64,000 nucleotides of DNA from Eledone cirrhosa (lineage: Eukaryota): contig OZ024745.1 in the NCBI GenBank assembly GCA_964016885.1, forward strand, positions 11,222,001 to 11,286,000, in the 5' to 3' direction. The position numbers and the translations under genes are program-made. The notes under the pieces are model-generated. The model saw nothing but the letters and a program-made list of their open reading frames with translations, ran no database searches and was not told the DNA's origin. This document shows, in pieces, positions 46,491-61,690 of the stretch; position 1 is the first letter of the stretch, and each line of letters opens with the position of its first letter.

Positions 46491-49359
46491 AGTAACTAAA
46501 CATATGGTAGGAACTAATCATATGGTAGTAACTAAACATATGGTAGTAACTAAACATATGATAGTAACTAAACATATGATAGTAACTAAAGATATGGTAG
46601 TAACTAAACATATGATAGTAACTAAACATATGATAGTAACTAAACATATGGTAGTAACTAAACATATGATAGTAATTAAACATATGGTAGTAACTAAACA
46701 TATGGTAGTAACTAAACATATGGTAGTAACTAAACATATGATAGCAACTAAACATATGATAGTAACTAAACATATGTTAGTAACTAAACATATGACAGTA
46801 ACTAAACATATGATAGTAACTAAACATATGGTTGTAACTAAACATGACAGTAACTAAACATATGGTAGTAACTAAACATATGGTAGTAATTAAACATATG
46901 ATAGCAACTAAACATATGACAGTAACTAAACATATGGTAGTAACTAAACATATGATAGTAACTAAACATATGGTAGTAACTAAACATTTGGTAGTAATTA
47001 AACATATGATAGCAACTAAACATATGATAGTAACTAAACATATGGTAGTAACTAAACATTTGGTAGTAACTAAACATTTGGTAGTAACTAAACATATGAT
47101 AGTAACTAAACATATGGTAGTAACTAAACATATGGTAGTAACTAAACATATGATAGCAACTAAACATATGATAGCAACTAAACATATGGTAGTAACTAAA
47201 CATATGGTAGTAACTAAACATATGATAGTAACTAAACATATGGTAGTATCTAAACATATGGTAGTAACTAAACATTTGGTAGTAACTAAACATATGATAG
47301 CAACTAAACATATGGTAGTAACTAAACATATGGTAGTAACTAAACATATGGTAGTAACTAAACATATGACAGTAACTAAACATATGGTAGTAACTAAACA
47401 TATGGTAGTTACTAAACATATGACAGTAACTAAACATATGTTAGTAACTAAACATATGGTAGTAACTAAACATTTGGTAGTAACTAAACATATGATAGCA
47501 ACTAAACATATGATAGTAACTAAACATATGACAGTAACTAAACATATGGTAGTAACTAAACATATGACAGTAACTAAACATATGATAGTAAATAAACATA
47601 TGTTAGTAACTAAGCATATGATAGCAACTAAACATATGACAGTAACTAAACATATGGTAGTAACTAAACATATGATAGTAACTAAACATATGGCATTAAT
47701 TAAACATATGATAGTAACTAAACATATGGTAGTAACTAAATATATGGTAGTAACTAAACATATGACAGTAACTAAACATATGATAGTAACTAAACATATG
47801 GCAGTAATTAAACATATGATAGCATCTAAACATATGATAGTAACTAAACATATGGTAGTAACTAAACATATGACAGTAACTAAACATATGGTAGTAACTA
47901 AACATATGATAGTAACTAAACACATGGTAGTAACTAAACATATGATAGTAACTAAACATATGGTAGTAACTAAACCTGACAGTAACTAAACATATGATAG
48001 TAACTAAACATATGGTAGTAACTAAACATATGATAGTAACTAAACATATGGTAGTAACTAAACATATGGTAGTAACTAAACATATGATAGTAGCTAAACA
48101 TATGATAGTAACTAAACATATGGTAGTAACTAAACCTTACAGTAACTAAACATATGATAGTAACTAAACATATGGTAGTAACTAAACATATGGTAGTAAC
48201 TAAACATATGATAGTAGCTAAACATCTGATAGTAACTAAACATATGATAGTAACTAAACATATGGTAGTAACTAAACCTGACAGTAACTAAACATATGAT
48301 AGTAACTAAACATATGATAGTAACTAAACATATGATAGTAACTAAACATATGGTAGTAACTAAACATATGGTAGTAACTAAACATATGGTAGTAACTAAA
48401 CATATGGTAGTAACTAAACATATGATAGTAGCTAAACATCTGATAGTAACTAAACATATGATAGTAACTAAACATATGGTAGTAACTAAACCTGACAGTA
48501 ACTAAACATATGATAGTAACTAAACATATGATAGTAACTAAACATATGATAGTAACTAAACATATGATAGTAACTAAACATATGGTAGTAACTAAACATA
48601 TGGTAGTAACTAAACATATGGTAGTAACTAAACATATGTTAGTAACTAAACATATGATAGTAACTAAACATATGATAGTAACTAAACATATGATAGTAAC
48701 TAAACATATGATAGTAACTAAACATATGGTAGTAACTAAACATGACTAACTAAACATATGATAGTAACTAAACTTATGATAGTAACTAAACATATGGTAG
48801 TAACTAAACATATGATAGTAACTAAACATATGGTAGTAACTAAACATATGGTAGTAACTAAACATATGATAGCAACTAAACATATTATAGCAACTAAACA
48901 TATGATAGTAACTAAACATATGATAGTAACTAAACATATGGTAGTAACTAAACATATGATAGTAACTAAACATATGATAGTAACTAAACATATGACAGTA
49001 ACTAAACATATGATAGTAACTAAACATATGGTAGTAACTAAACCTGACAGTAACTAAACATATGATAGTAACTAAACATATGATAGTAACTAAACATATG
49101 ACAGTAACTAAACATATGGTAGTAACTAAACATATGATAGTAACTAAACATATGGTAGTAACTAAACATATGATAGCAACTAAACATATGACAGTAACTA
49201 AACATATGGTAGTAACTAAACATATGATAGTAACTAAACATATGGTAGTAACTAAACATATGATAGTAACTAAACATATGGTAGTAACTAAACATATGAT
49301 AGTAACTAAACATATGATAGTAACTAAACATATGGTAGTAACTAAACATATGGTAGTAA

Positions 49360-50640
49360 CTAAACATATGATAGTAACTAAACATATGGTAGTAACTAAA
49401 CATTTGGTAGTAACTAAACATTTGGTAGTAACTAAACATATGATAGTAACTAAACATATGGTAGTAACTAAACATATGGTAGTAACTAAACATATGATAG
49501 CAACTAAACATATGATAGCAACTAAACATATGGTAGTAACTAAACATATGGTAGTAACTAAACATATGATAGCAACTAAACATATGGTAGTAACTAAACA
49601 TTTGGTAGTAACTAAACATATGATAGCAACTAAACATATGGTAGTAACTAAACATATGATAGTAACTAAACATATGGTAGTAACTAAACATTTGGTAGTA
49701 ACTGAACATATGATATCAACTAAACATATGATAGTAACTAAACATATGACAGTAACTAAACATATGGTAGTAACTAAACATATGACAGTAACTAAACATA
49801 TGAAAGTAACTAAACATATGTTAGTAACTAAGCATATGATAGCAACTAAACATATGAGAGTAACTAAACATATGGTAGTAACTAAACATATGATAGTAAC
49901 TAAACATATGGCAGTAATTAAACATATGATAGTAAATAAACATATGGTACTAACTAAATATATTGTAGTAACTAAACATATGACAGTAACTAAACATATG
50001 ATAGTAACTAAACATATGGTAGTAACTAAACATTTGGTAGTAACTAAACATTTGGTAGTAACTAAACATATGATAGTAACTAAACATATGGTAGTAACTA
50101 AACATATGGTAGTAACTAAACATATGATAGCAACTAAACATATGATAGCAACTAAACATATGGTAGTAACTAAACATATGGTAGTAACTAAACATATGAT
50201 AGCAACTAAACATATGGTAGTAACTAAACATTTGGTAGTAACTAAACATATGATAGCAACTAAACATATGGTAGTAACTAAACATATGATAGTAACTAAA
50301 CATATGGTAGTAACTAAACATTTGGTAGTAACTGAACATATGATATCAACTAAATATATGATAGTAACTAAACATATGACAGTAACTAAACATATGGTAG
50401 TAACTAAACATATGACAGTAACTAAACATATGAAAGTAACTAAACATATGTTAGTAACTAAGCATATGATAGCAACTAAACATATGAGAGTAACTAAACA
50501 TATGGTAGTAACTAAACATATGATAGTAACTAAACATATGGCAGTAATTAAACATATGATAGTAAATAAACATATGGTACTAACTAAATATATTGTAGTA
50601 ACTAAACATATGACAGTAACTAAACATATGATAGTAACTA
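49360..50640 (+). repeat. Tandem duplication, period 630 bp (35 monomers)
   Basis: ACTGAACATATGATATCAAC at 49701 and 50331, with GAAAG, TAAGC, GAGAG and GGTACT variants following at the same offset. Confidence 0.93.
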
Positions 50641-52739
50641 AACATATGGCTGTAATTAAACATATGATAGCATCTAAACATATGATAGTAACTAAACATA
50701 AGATAGTAATTAAACATATGGTAGTAACTAAACATATGACAGTAACTAAACATATGCTAGTAACTTAACATATGGTAGTAACTAAACATATGGTAGTAAC
50801 TAAACATATGATAGTAACTAAACATATGATAGTAACTAAACATATAGTAGTAAATAAACATATGATAGTAACTAAACATATGGTAGTAGCTAAACATATG
50901 ATAGTAACTAAACATAGGATAGTAACTAAACATATGATAGTAACTAAACATGATAGTAACTAAACATATGGTAGTAACTAAACATATGATAGTTACTAAA
51001 CATATGGTAGTAACTAAACATATTATAGTAACTAAACATATGATAGTAACTAAACATATGGTAGTAACTAAACATATGATAGTAACTAAACATATGGTAG
51101 TAACTAAACATATGATAGTAACTAAACATATGGTAGTAACTAAACATATGGTAGTAACTAAACATATGGTAGTAACTAAACATATGATAGTAACTAAACA
51201 TATGGGAGTAACTAAACATATGACAGTAACTAAATATATGGTAGTAACTAAACATATGGTAGTAAGTAAACATAGGATAGTAACTAAACATATGATAGTA
51301 ACTAAACATATGGTAGTAACTAAACATATGACAGTAACTAAACATATGGTAGTAACTAAACATATGGTAGTAACTAAACATATGGTAGTAACTAAACATA
51401 TGGTAGTAACTAAACATATGACAGTAACTAAACATATGGTAGTAACTAAACATATGGTAGTAACTAAACATATGGTAGTAACTAAACATATGGTAGTAAC
51501 TAAACATATGGTAGGAACTAAACATATGGTAGTAACTAAACATATGGTAGTAACTAAACATATGAAAGTAACAAAACATATGGTAGGAACTAAACATATG
51601 GTAGTAACTAAACATATGATAGTAACTAAACATATGATAGTAACTAAACATTTGATAGTAACTAAACATATGACAGTAACTAAACAGATGGTAGTAACTA
51701 AACATATGGTAGTAACTAAACATATGGTAGTAACTAAACATATGGTAGTAACTAAACATATGGTAGTAACTAAACATATGGTAGTAACTAAACATATGAT
51801 AGTAACTAAACATATGATAGTAACTTAACATATGGTAGTAACTAAACATATGGTAGTAACTAAACATGATAGTAACTAAACATATGATAGTAACTAAACA
51901 TATGATAGTAACTAAACATATGGTAGTAACTAAACATATGGTAGTAACTAAACATGATAATAACTAAACATATGGTAGTAACTAAACATGATAGTAACTA
52001 AACATATGATAGTAACTAAACATATGGTAGTAACTAAACATATGGTAGTAACTAAACATATGGTAGTAACTAAACATATGATAGTAACTAAACCTATGAT
52101 AGGAACTAAACATATTGTAGTAACTAAACATATGACAATAACTAAACATATGGTAGTAACTAAACATATGGTAGTAACTAAACATATGGTAGTAACTAAA
52201 TATATGATAGTAACTAAACATATGACAGTAACTAAACATATGGTAGTAACTAAACATATGGTAGTAACTAAACATATGGTAGTAACTAAACATATGATAG
52301 TAACTAAACATATGTTAGTAACTAAACATATGGTAGTAACTAAACATATGGTAGTAACTAAACATGATAGTAACTAAACATATGGTAGTAACTAAACATA
52401 TGATAGTATCTAAACATATGGTAGTAACTAAACATATGACAGTAACTAAACATATGGTAGTAACTAAACATATGATAGTAACTAAACCTATGATAGGAAC
52501 TAAATATATGATAGTAACTAAACATATGATAGCAACTAAACATATGGTAGTAACTAAACATTTGGTAGTAACTAAACATATGGTAGTAACTAAACATATG
52601 GTAGTAACTAAACATATGGTAGTAAATAAACATGTGACAGTAACTAAACATATGGTAGTAACTAAACATATGGTAGTAACTAAACATATGGTAGTAACTA
52701 AACATATGACAGTAACTAAACATATGGTAGTAACTAAAC

Positions 52740-55700
52740 ATATGGTAGTAACTAATCATATGGTAGTAACTAAACATATGGTAGTAACTAAACATATGAT
52801 AGTAACTAAACATATGATAGTAACTAAAGATATGGTAGTAACTAAACATATGATAGTAACTAAACATATGATAGTAACTAAACATATGGTAGTAACTAAA
52901 CATATGATAGTAATTAAACATATGGTAGTAACTAAACATATGGTAGTAACTAAACATATGGTAGTAACTAAACATATGTTAGTAACTAAACATATGACAG
53001 TAACTAAACATATGACAGTAACTAAACATATGGTTGTAACTAAACATGGCAGTAACTAAACATATGGTAGTAACTAAACATATGGTAGTAATTAAACATA
53101 TGATAGCAACTAAACATATGACAGTAACTAAACATATGGTAGTAACTAAACATATGATAGTAACTAAACATATGGTAGTAACTAAACATTTGGTAGTAAT
53201 TAAACATATGATAGCAACTAAACATATGATAGTAACTAAACATATGGTAGTAACTAAACATTTGGTAGTAACTAAACATTTGGTAGTAACTAAACATATG
53301 ATAGTAACTAAACATATGGTAGTAACTAAACATATGGTAGTAACTAAACATATGATAGCAACTAAACATATGATAGCAACTAAACATATGGTAGTAACTA
53401 AACATATGGTAGTAACTAAACATATGATAGTAACTAAACATATGGTAGTATCTAAACATATGGTAGTAACTAAACATTTGGTAGTAACTAAACATATGAT
53501 AGCAACTAAACATATGGTAGTAACTAAACATATGGTAGTAACTAAACATATGGTAGTAACTAAACATATGACAGTAACTAAACATATGGTAGTAACTAAA
53601 CATATGGTAGTTACTAAACATATGACAGTAACTAAACATATGTTAGTAACTAAACATATGGTAGTAACTAAACATTTGGTAGTAACTAAACATATGATAG
53701 CAACTAAACATATGATAGTAACTAAACATATGACAGTAACTAAACATATGGTAGTAACTAAACATATGATAGTAACTAAACATATGGCATTAATTAAACA
53801 TATGATAGTAACTAAACATATGGTAGTAACTAAATATATGGTAGTAACTAAACATATGACAGTAACTAAACATATGATAGTAACTAAACATATGGCAGTA
53901 ATTAAACATATGATAGCATCTAAACATATGATAGTAACTAAACATATGGTAGTAACTAAACATATGACAGTAACTAAACATATGGTAGTAACTAAACATA
54001 TGATAGTAACTAAACACATGGTAGTAACTAAACATATGATAGTAACTAAACATATGGTAGTAACTAAACCTGACAGTAACTAAACATATGATAGTAACTA
54101 AACATATGGTAGTAACTAAACATATGATAGTAACTAAACATATGGTAGTAACTAAACATATGGTAGTAACTAAACATATGATAATAGCTAAACATATGAT
54201 AGTAACTAAACATATGGTAGTAACTAAACCTTACAGTAACTAAACATATGATAGTAACTAAACATATGGTAGTAACTAAACATATGGTAGTAACTAAACA
54301 TATGATAGTTGCTAAACATCTGATAGTAACTAAACATATGATAGTAACTAAACATATGGTAGTAACTAAACCTGACAGTAACTAAACATATGATAGTAAC
54401 TAAACATATGATAGTAACTAAACATATGATAGTAACTAAACATATGGTAGTAACTAAACATATGGTAGTAACTAAACATATGGTAGTAACTAAACATATG
54501 TTAGTAACTAAACATATGATAGTAACTAAACATATGATAGTAACTAAACATATGATAGTAACTAAACATATGATAGTAACTAAACATATGGTAGTAACTA
54601 AACATGACTAACTAAACATATGATAGTAACTAAACTTATGATAGTAACTAAACATATGGTAGTAACTAAACATATGATAGTAACTAAACATATGGTAGTA
54701 ACTAAACATATGGTAGTAACTAAACATATGATAGCAACTAAACATATTATAGCAACTAAACATATGATAGTAACTAAACATATGATAGTAACTAAACATA
54801 TGGTAGTAACTAAACATATGATAGTAACTAAACATATGATAGTAACTAAACATATGATAGTAACTAAACATATGATAGTAACTAAACATATGGTAGTAAC
54901 TAAACCTGACAGTAACTAAACATATGATAGTAACTAAACATATGATAGTAACTAAACATATGACAGTAACTAAACATATGGTAGTAACTAAACATATGAT
55001 AGTAACTAAACATATGGTAGTAACTAAACATATGATAGCAACTAAACATATGACAGTAACTAAACATATGGTAGTAACTAAACATATGATAGTAACTAAA
55101 CATATGGTAGTAACTAAACATATGATAGTAACCAAACATATGATAGCAACTAAACATATGACAGTAACTAAACATATGGTAGGAACTAAACATATGGTAG
55201 TAACTAAACATATGGTAGTAACTAAACATATGGTAGTAACTAAACATATGATAGTAACTAAACATATGACAGTAACTAAACATATGGTAGTAACTAAACA
55301 TATGACAGTAACTAAACATATGGTAGTAACTAAACATATGGTAGTAACTAAACTTATGGTAGTAACTAAACATATGGTAGTAACTAAACATATTGTAGGA
55401 ACTAAACATATGGTAGTAACTAAACATATGGTAGTAACTAAACATATGGTAGTAACTAAACATATGATAGCAACTAAACATATGACAGTAACTAAACATA
55501 TGGTAGTAACTAAACATATGGTAGTAACTATACATATGATAGCAACTAAACATATGGTAGTAACTAAACCTGACAGTAACTAAACATATGGTAGTAACTA
55601 AACATATGGTAGTAACTAAACATATGGTAGTAACTAAACATATGACAGTAACTAAACATATGGTAGTAACTAAACATATGGTAGTAACTAATCATATGGT

Positions 55701-58700
55701 AGTAACTAAACATATGGTAGTAACTAAACATATGATAGTAACTAAACATATGATAGTAACTAAAGATATGGTAGTAACTAAACATATGATAGTAACTAAA
55801 CATATGATAGTAACTAAACATATGGTAGTAACTAAACATATGATAGTAATTAAACATATGGTAGTAACTAAACATATGGTAGTAACTAAACATATGGTAG
55901 TAACTAAACATATGTTAGTAACTAAACATATGACAGTAACTAAACATATGACAGTAACTAAACATATGGTTGTAACTAAACATTGCAGTAACTAAACATA
56001 TGGTAGTAACTAAACATATGGTAGTAATTAAACATATGATAGCAACTAAACATATGACAGTAACTAAACATATGGTAGTCACTAAACATATGATAGTAAC
56101 TAAACATATGGTAGTAACTAAACATTTGGTAGTAATTAAACATATGATAGCAACTAAACATATGATAGTAACTAAACATATGGTAGTAACTAAACATTTG
56201 GTAGTAACTAAACATTTGGTAGTAACTAAACATATGATAGTAACTAAACATATGGTAGTAACTAAACATATGGTAGTAACTAAACATATGATAGCAACTA
56301 AACATATGATAGCAACTAAACATATGGTAGTAACTAAACATATGGTAGTAACTAAACATATGATAGTAACTAAACATATGGTAGTATCTAAACATATGGT
56401 AGTAACTAAACATTTGGTAGTAACTAAACATATGATAGCAACTAAACATATGGTAGTAACTAAACATATGGTAGTAACTAAACATATGGTAGTAACTAAA
56501 CATATGACAGTAACTAAACATATGGTAGTAACTAAACATATGGTAGTTACTAAACATATGACAGTAACTAAACATATGTTAGTAACTAAACATATGGTAG
56601 TAACTAAACATTTGGTAGTAACTAAACATATGATAGCAACTAAACATATGATAGTAACTAAACATATGACAGTAACTAAACATATGGTAGTAACTAAACA
56701 TATGACAGTAACTAAACATATGATAGTAAATAAACATATGTTAGTAACTAAACATATGGCATTAATTAAACATATGATAGTAACTAAACATATGGTAGTA
56801 ACTAAACATATGGTAGTAACTAAACATATGACAGTAACTAAACATATGATAGTAACTAAACATATGGCAGTATCTAAACATATGGTAGTAACTAAACATT
56901 TGGTAGTAACTAAACATATGATAGCAACTAAACATATGGTAGTAACTAAACATATGGTAGTAACTAAACATATGGTAGTAACTAAACATATGACAGTAAC
57001 TAAACATATGGTAGTAACTAAACATATGGTAGTTACTAAACATATGACAGTAACTAAACATATGTTAGTAACTAAACATATGGTAGTAACTAAACATTTG
57101 GTAGTAACTAAACATATGATAGCAACTAAACATATGATAGTAACTAAACATATGACAGTAACTAAACATATGGTAGTAACTAAACATATGATAGTAACTA
57201 AACATATGATAGTAACTAAACATATGGTAGTAACTAAACATATGATAGTAACCAAACATATGATAGCAACTAAACATATGACAGTAACTAAACATATGGT
57301 AGGAACTAAACATATGGTAGTAACTAAACATATGGTAGTAACTAAACATATGGTAGTAACTAAACATATGATAGTAACTAAACATATGACAGTAACTAAA
57401 CATATGGTAGTAACTAAACATATGACAGTAACTAAACATATGGTAGTAACTAAACATATGGTAGTAACTAAACTTATGGTAGTAACTAAACATATGGTAG
57501 TAACTAAACATATTGTAGGAACTAAACATATGGTAGTAACTAAACATATGGTAGTAACTAAACATATGGTAGTAACTAATCATATGGTAGTAACTAAACA
57601 TATGGTAGTAACTAAACATATGATAGTAACTAAACATATGATAGTAACTAAAGATATGGTAGTAACTAAACATATGATAGTAACTAAACATATGATAGTA
57701 ACTAAACATATGGTAGTAACTAAACATATGATAGTAATTAAACATATGGTAGTAACTAAACATATGGTAGTAACTAAACATATGGTAGTAACTAAACATA
57801 TGTTAGTAACTAAACATATGACAGTAACTAAACATATGACAGTAACTAAACATATGGTTGTAACTAAACATGGCAGTAACTAAACATATGGTAGTAACTA
57901 AACATATGGTAGTAATTAAACATATGATAGCAACTAAACATATGACAGTAACTAAACATATGGTAGTAACTAAACATATGATAGTAACTAAACATATGGT
58001 AGTAACTAAACATTTGGTAGTAATTAAACATATGATAGCAACTAAACATATGATAGTAACTAAACATATGGTAGTAACTAAACATTTGGTAGTAACTAAA
58101 CATTTGGTAGTAACTAAACATATGATAGTAACTAAACATATGGTAGTAACTAAACATATGGTAGTAACTAAACATATGATAGCAACTAAACATATGATAG
58201 CAACTAAACATATGGTAGTAACTAAACATATGGTAGTAACTAAACATATGATAGTAACTAAACATATGGTAGTATCTAAACATATGGTAGTAACTAAACA
58301 TTTGGTAGTAACTAAACATATGATAGCAACTAAACATATGGTAGTAACTAAACATATGGTAGTAACTAAACATATGGTAGTAACTAAACATATGACAGTA
58401 ACTAAACATATGGTAGTAACTAAACATATGGTAGTTACTAAACATATGACAGTAACTAAACATATGTTAGTAACTAAACATATGGTAGTAACTAAACATT
58501 TGGTAGTAACTAAACATATGATAGCAACTAAACATATGATAGTAACTAAACATATGACAGTAACTAAACATATGGTAGTAACTAAACATATGATAGTAAC
58601 TAAACATATGGCATTAATTAAACATATGATAGTAACTAAACATATGGTAGTAACTAAATATATGGTAGTAACTAAACATATGACAGTAACTAAACATATG

Positions 58701-61690
58701 ATAGTAACTAAACATATGGCAGTAATTAAACATATGATAGCATCTAAACATATGATAGTAACTAAACATATGGTAGTAACTAAACATATGACAGTAACTA
58801 AACATATGGTAGTAACTAAACATATGATAGTAACTAAACACATGGTAGTAACTAAACATATGATAGTAACTAAACATATGGTAGTAACTAAACCTGACAG
58901 TAACTAAACATATGATAGTAACTAAACATATGGTAGTAACTAAACATATGATAGTAACTAAACATATGGTAGTAACTAAACATATGGTAGTAACTAAACA
59001 TATGATAATAGCTAAACATATGATAGTAACTAAACATATGGTAGTAACTAAACCTTACAGTAACTAAACATATGATAGTAACTAAACATATGGTAGTAAC
59101 TAAACATATGGTAGTAACTAAACATATGATAGTTGCTAAACATCTGATAGTAACTAAACATATGATAGTAACTAAACATATGGTAGTAACTAAACCTGAC
59201 AGTAACTAAACATATGATAGTAACTAAACATATGATAGTAACTAAACATATGATAGTAACTAAACATATGGTAGTAACTAAACATATGGTAGTAACTAAA
59301 CATATGGTAGTAACTAAACATATGTTAGTAACTAAACATATGATAGTAACTAAACATATGATAGTAACTAAACATATGATAGTAACTAAACATATGATAG
59401 TAACTAAACATATGGTAGTAACTAATCATGACTAACTAAACATATGATAGTAACTAAACTTATGATAGTAACTAAACATATGGTAGTAACTAAACATATG
59501 ATAGTAACTAAACATATGGTAGTAACTAAACATATGGTAGTAACTAAACATATGATAGCAACTAAACATATTATAGCAACTAAACATATGATAGTAACTA
59601 AACATATGATAGTAACTAAACATATGGTAGTAACTAAACATATGATAGTAACTAAACATATGATAGTAACTAAACATATGATAGTAACTAAACATATGAT
59701 AGTAACTAAACATATGGTAGTAACTAAACCTGACAGTAACTAAACATATGATAGTAACTAAACATATGATAGTAACTAAACATATGACAGTAACTAAACA
59801 TATGGTAGTAACTAAACATATGATAGTAACTAAACATATGGTAGTAACTAAACATATGATAGCAACTAAACATATGACAGTAACTAAACATATGGTAGTA
59901 ACTAAACATATGATAGTAACTAAACATATGGTAGTAACTAAACATATGATAGTAACCAAACATATGATAGCAACTAAACATATGACAGTAACTAAACATA
60001 TGGTAGGAACTAAACATATGGTAGTAACTAAACATATGGTAGTAACTAAACATATGGTAGTAACTAAACATATGATAGTAACTAAACATATGACAGTAAC
60101 TAAACATATGGTAGTAACTAAACATATGACAGTAACTAAACATATGGTAGTAACTAAACATATGGTAGTAACTAAACTTATGGTAGTAACTAAACATATG
60201 GTAGTAACTAAACATATTGTAGGAACTAAACATATGGTAGTAACTAAACATATGGTAGTAACTAAACATATGGTAGTAACTAAACATATGATAGCAACTA
60301 AACATATGACAGTAACTAAACATATGGTAGTAACTAAACATATGGTAGTAACTATACATATGATAGCAACTAAACATATGGTAGTAACTAAACCTGACAG
60401 TAACTAAACATATGGTAGTAACTAAACATATGGTAGTAACTAAACATATGGTAGTAACTAAACATATGACAGTAACTAAACATATGGTAGTAACTAAACA
60501 TATGGTAGTAACTAATCATATGGTAGTAACTAAACATATGGTAGTAACTAAACATATGATAGTAACTAAACATATGATAGTAACTAAAGATATGGTAGTA
60601 ACTAAACATATGATAGTAACTAAACATATGATAGTAACTAAACATATGGTAGTAACTAAACATATGATAGTAATTAAACATATGGTAGTAACTAAACATA
60701 TGGTAGTAACTAAACATATGGTAGTAACTAAACATATGTTAGTAACTAAACATATGACAGTAACTAAACATATGACAGTAACTAAACATATGGTTGTAAC
60801 TAAACATTGCAGTAACTAAACATATGGTAGTAACTAAACATATGGTAGTAATTAAACATATGATAGCAACTAAACATATGACAGTAACTAAACATATGGT
60901 AGTCACTAAACATATGATAGTAACTAAACATATGGTAGTAACTAAACATTTGGTAGTAATTAAACATATGATAGCAACTAAACATATGATAGTAACTAAA
61001 CATATGGTAGTAACTAAACATTTGGTAGTAACTAAACATTTGGTAGTAACTAAACATATGATAGTAACTAAACATATGGTAGTAACTAAACATATGGTAG
61101 TAACTAAACATATGATAGCAACTAAACATATGATAGCAACTAAACATATGGTAGTAACTAAACATATGGTAGTAACTAAACATATGATAGTAACTAAACA
61201 TATGGTAGTATCTAAACATATGGTAGTAACTAAACATTTGGTAGTAACTAAACATATGATAGCAACTAAACATATGGTAGTAACTAAACATATGGTAGTA
61301 ACTAAACATATGGTAGTAACTAAACATATGACAGTAACTAAACATATGGTAGTAACTAAACATATGGTAGTTACTAAACATATGACAGTAACTAAACATA
61401 TGTTAGTAACTAAACATATGGTAGTAACTAAACATTTGGTAGTAACTAAACATATGATAGCAACTAAACATATGATAGTAACTAAACATATGACAGTAAC
61501 TAAACATATGGTAGTAACTAAACATATGACAGTAACTAAACATATGATAGTAAATAAACATATGTTAGTAACTAAACATATGGCATTAATTAAACATATG
61601 ATAGTAACTAAACATATGGTAGTAACTAAATATATGGTAGTAACTAAACATATGACAGTAACTAAACATATGATAGTAACTAAACATATG
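52740..61690 (+). repeat. Near-identical tandem duplication, period 4824 bp
   Basis: Offset 4824 for 53046/57870, 54390/59214, 54620/59444, 54924/59748, 55588/60412 and 56000/60824, and for the 14-bp monomer at 54603/59427. Confidence 0.95.

Larger units (their letters stand above)
42700..55130 (+). repeat. Large duplication (about 42.7-49.3 kb versus 50.0-55.1 kb), offset stepping from about 7.3 to 5.9 kb through internal indels
   Basis: Collinear offsets 43688/50950 (7262), 44636/51988 (7352), 46844/53046 (6202), 47989/54083 (6094) and 48758/54620 (5862). Confidence 0.87.

Noticed and set aside
15501-50590. TACTAAC branch-point-like motif in GGTACTAACT variants (about 15506, 18727, 43316, 49948, 50578) and ACTAA repeats
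   Set aside because: These are single-base variants of the monomer propagated by duplication, with no exon or splice-site context.
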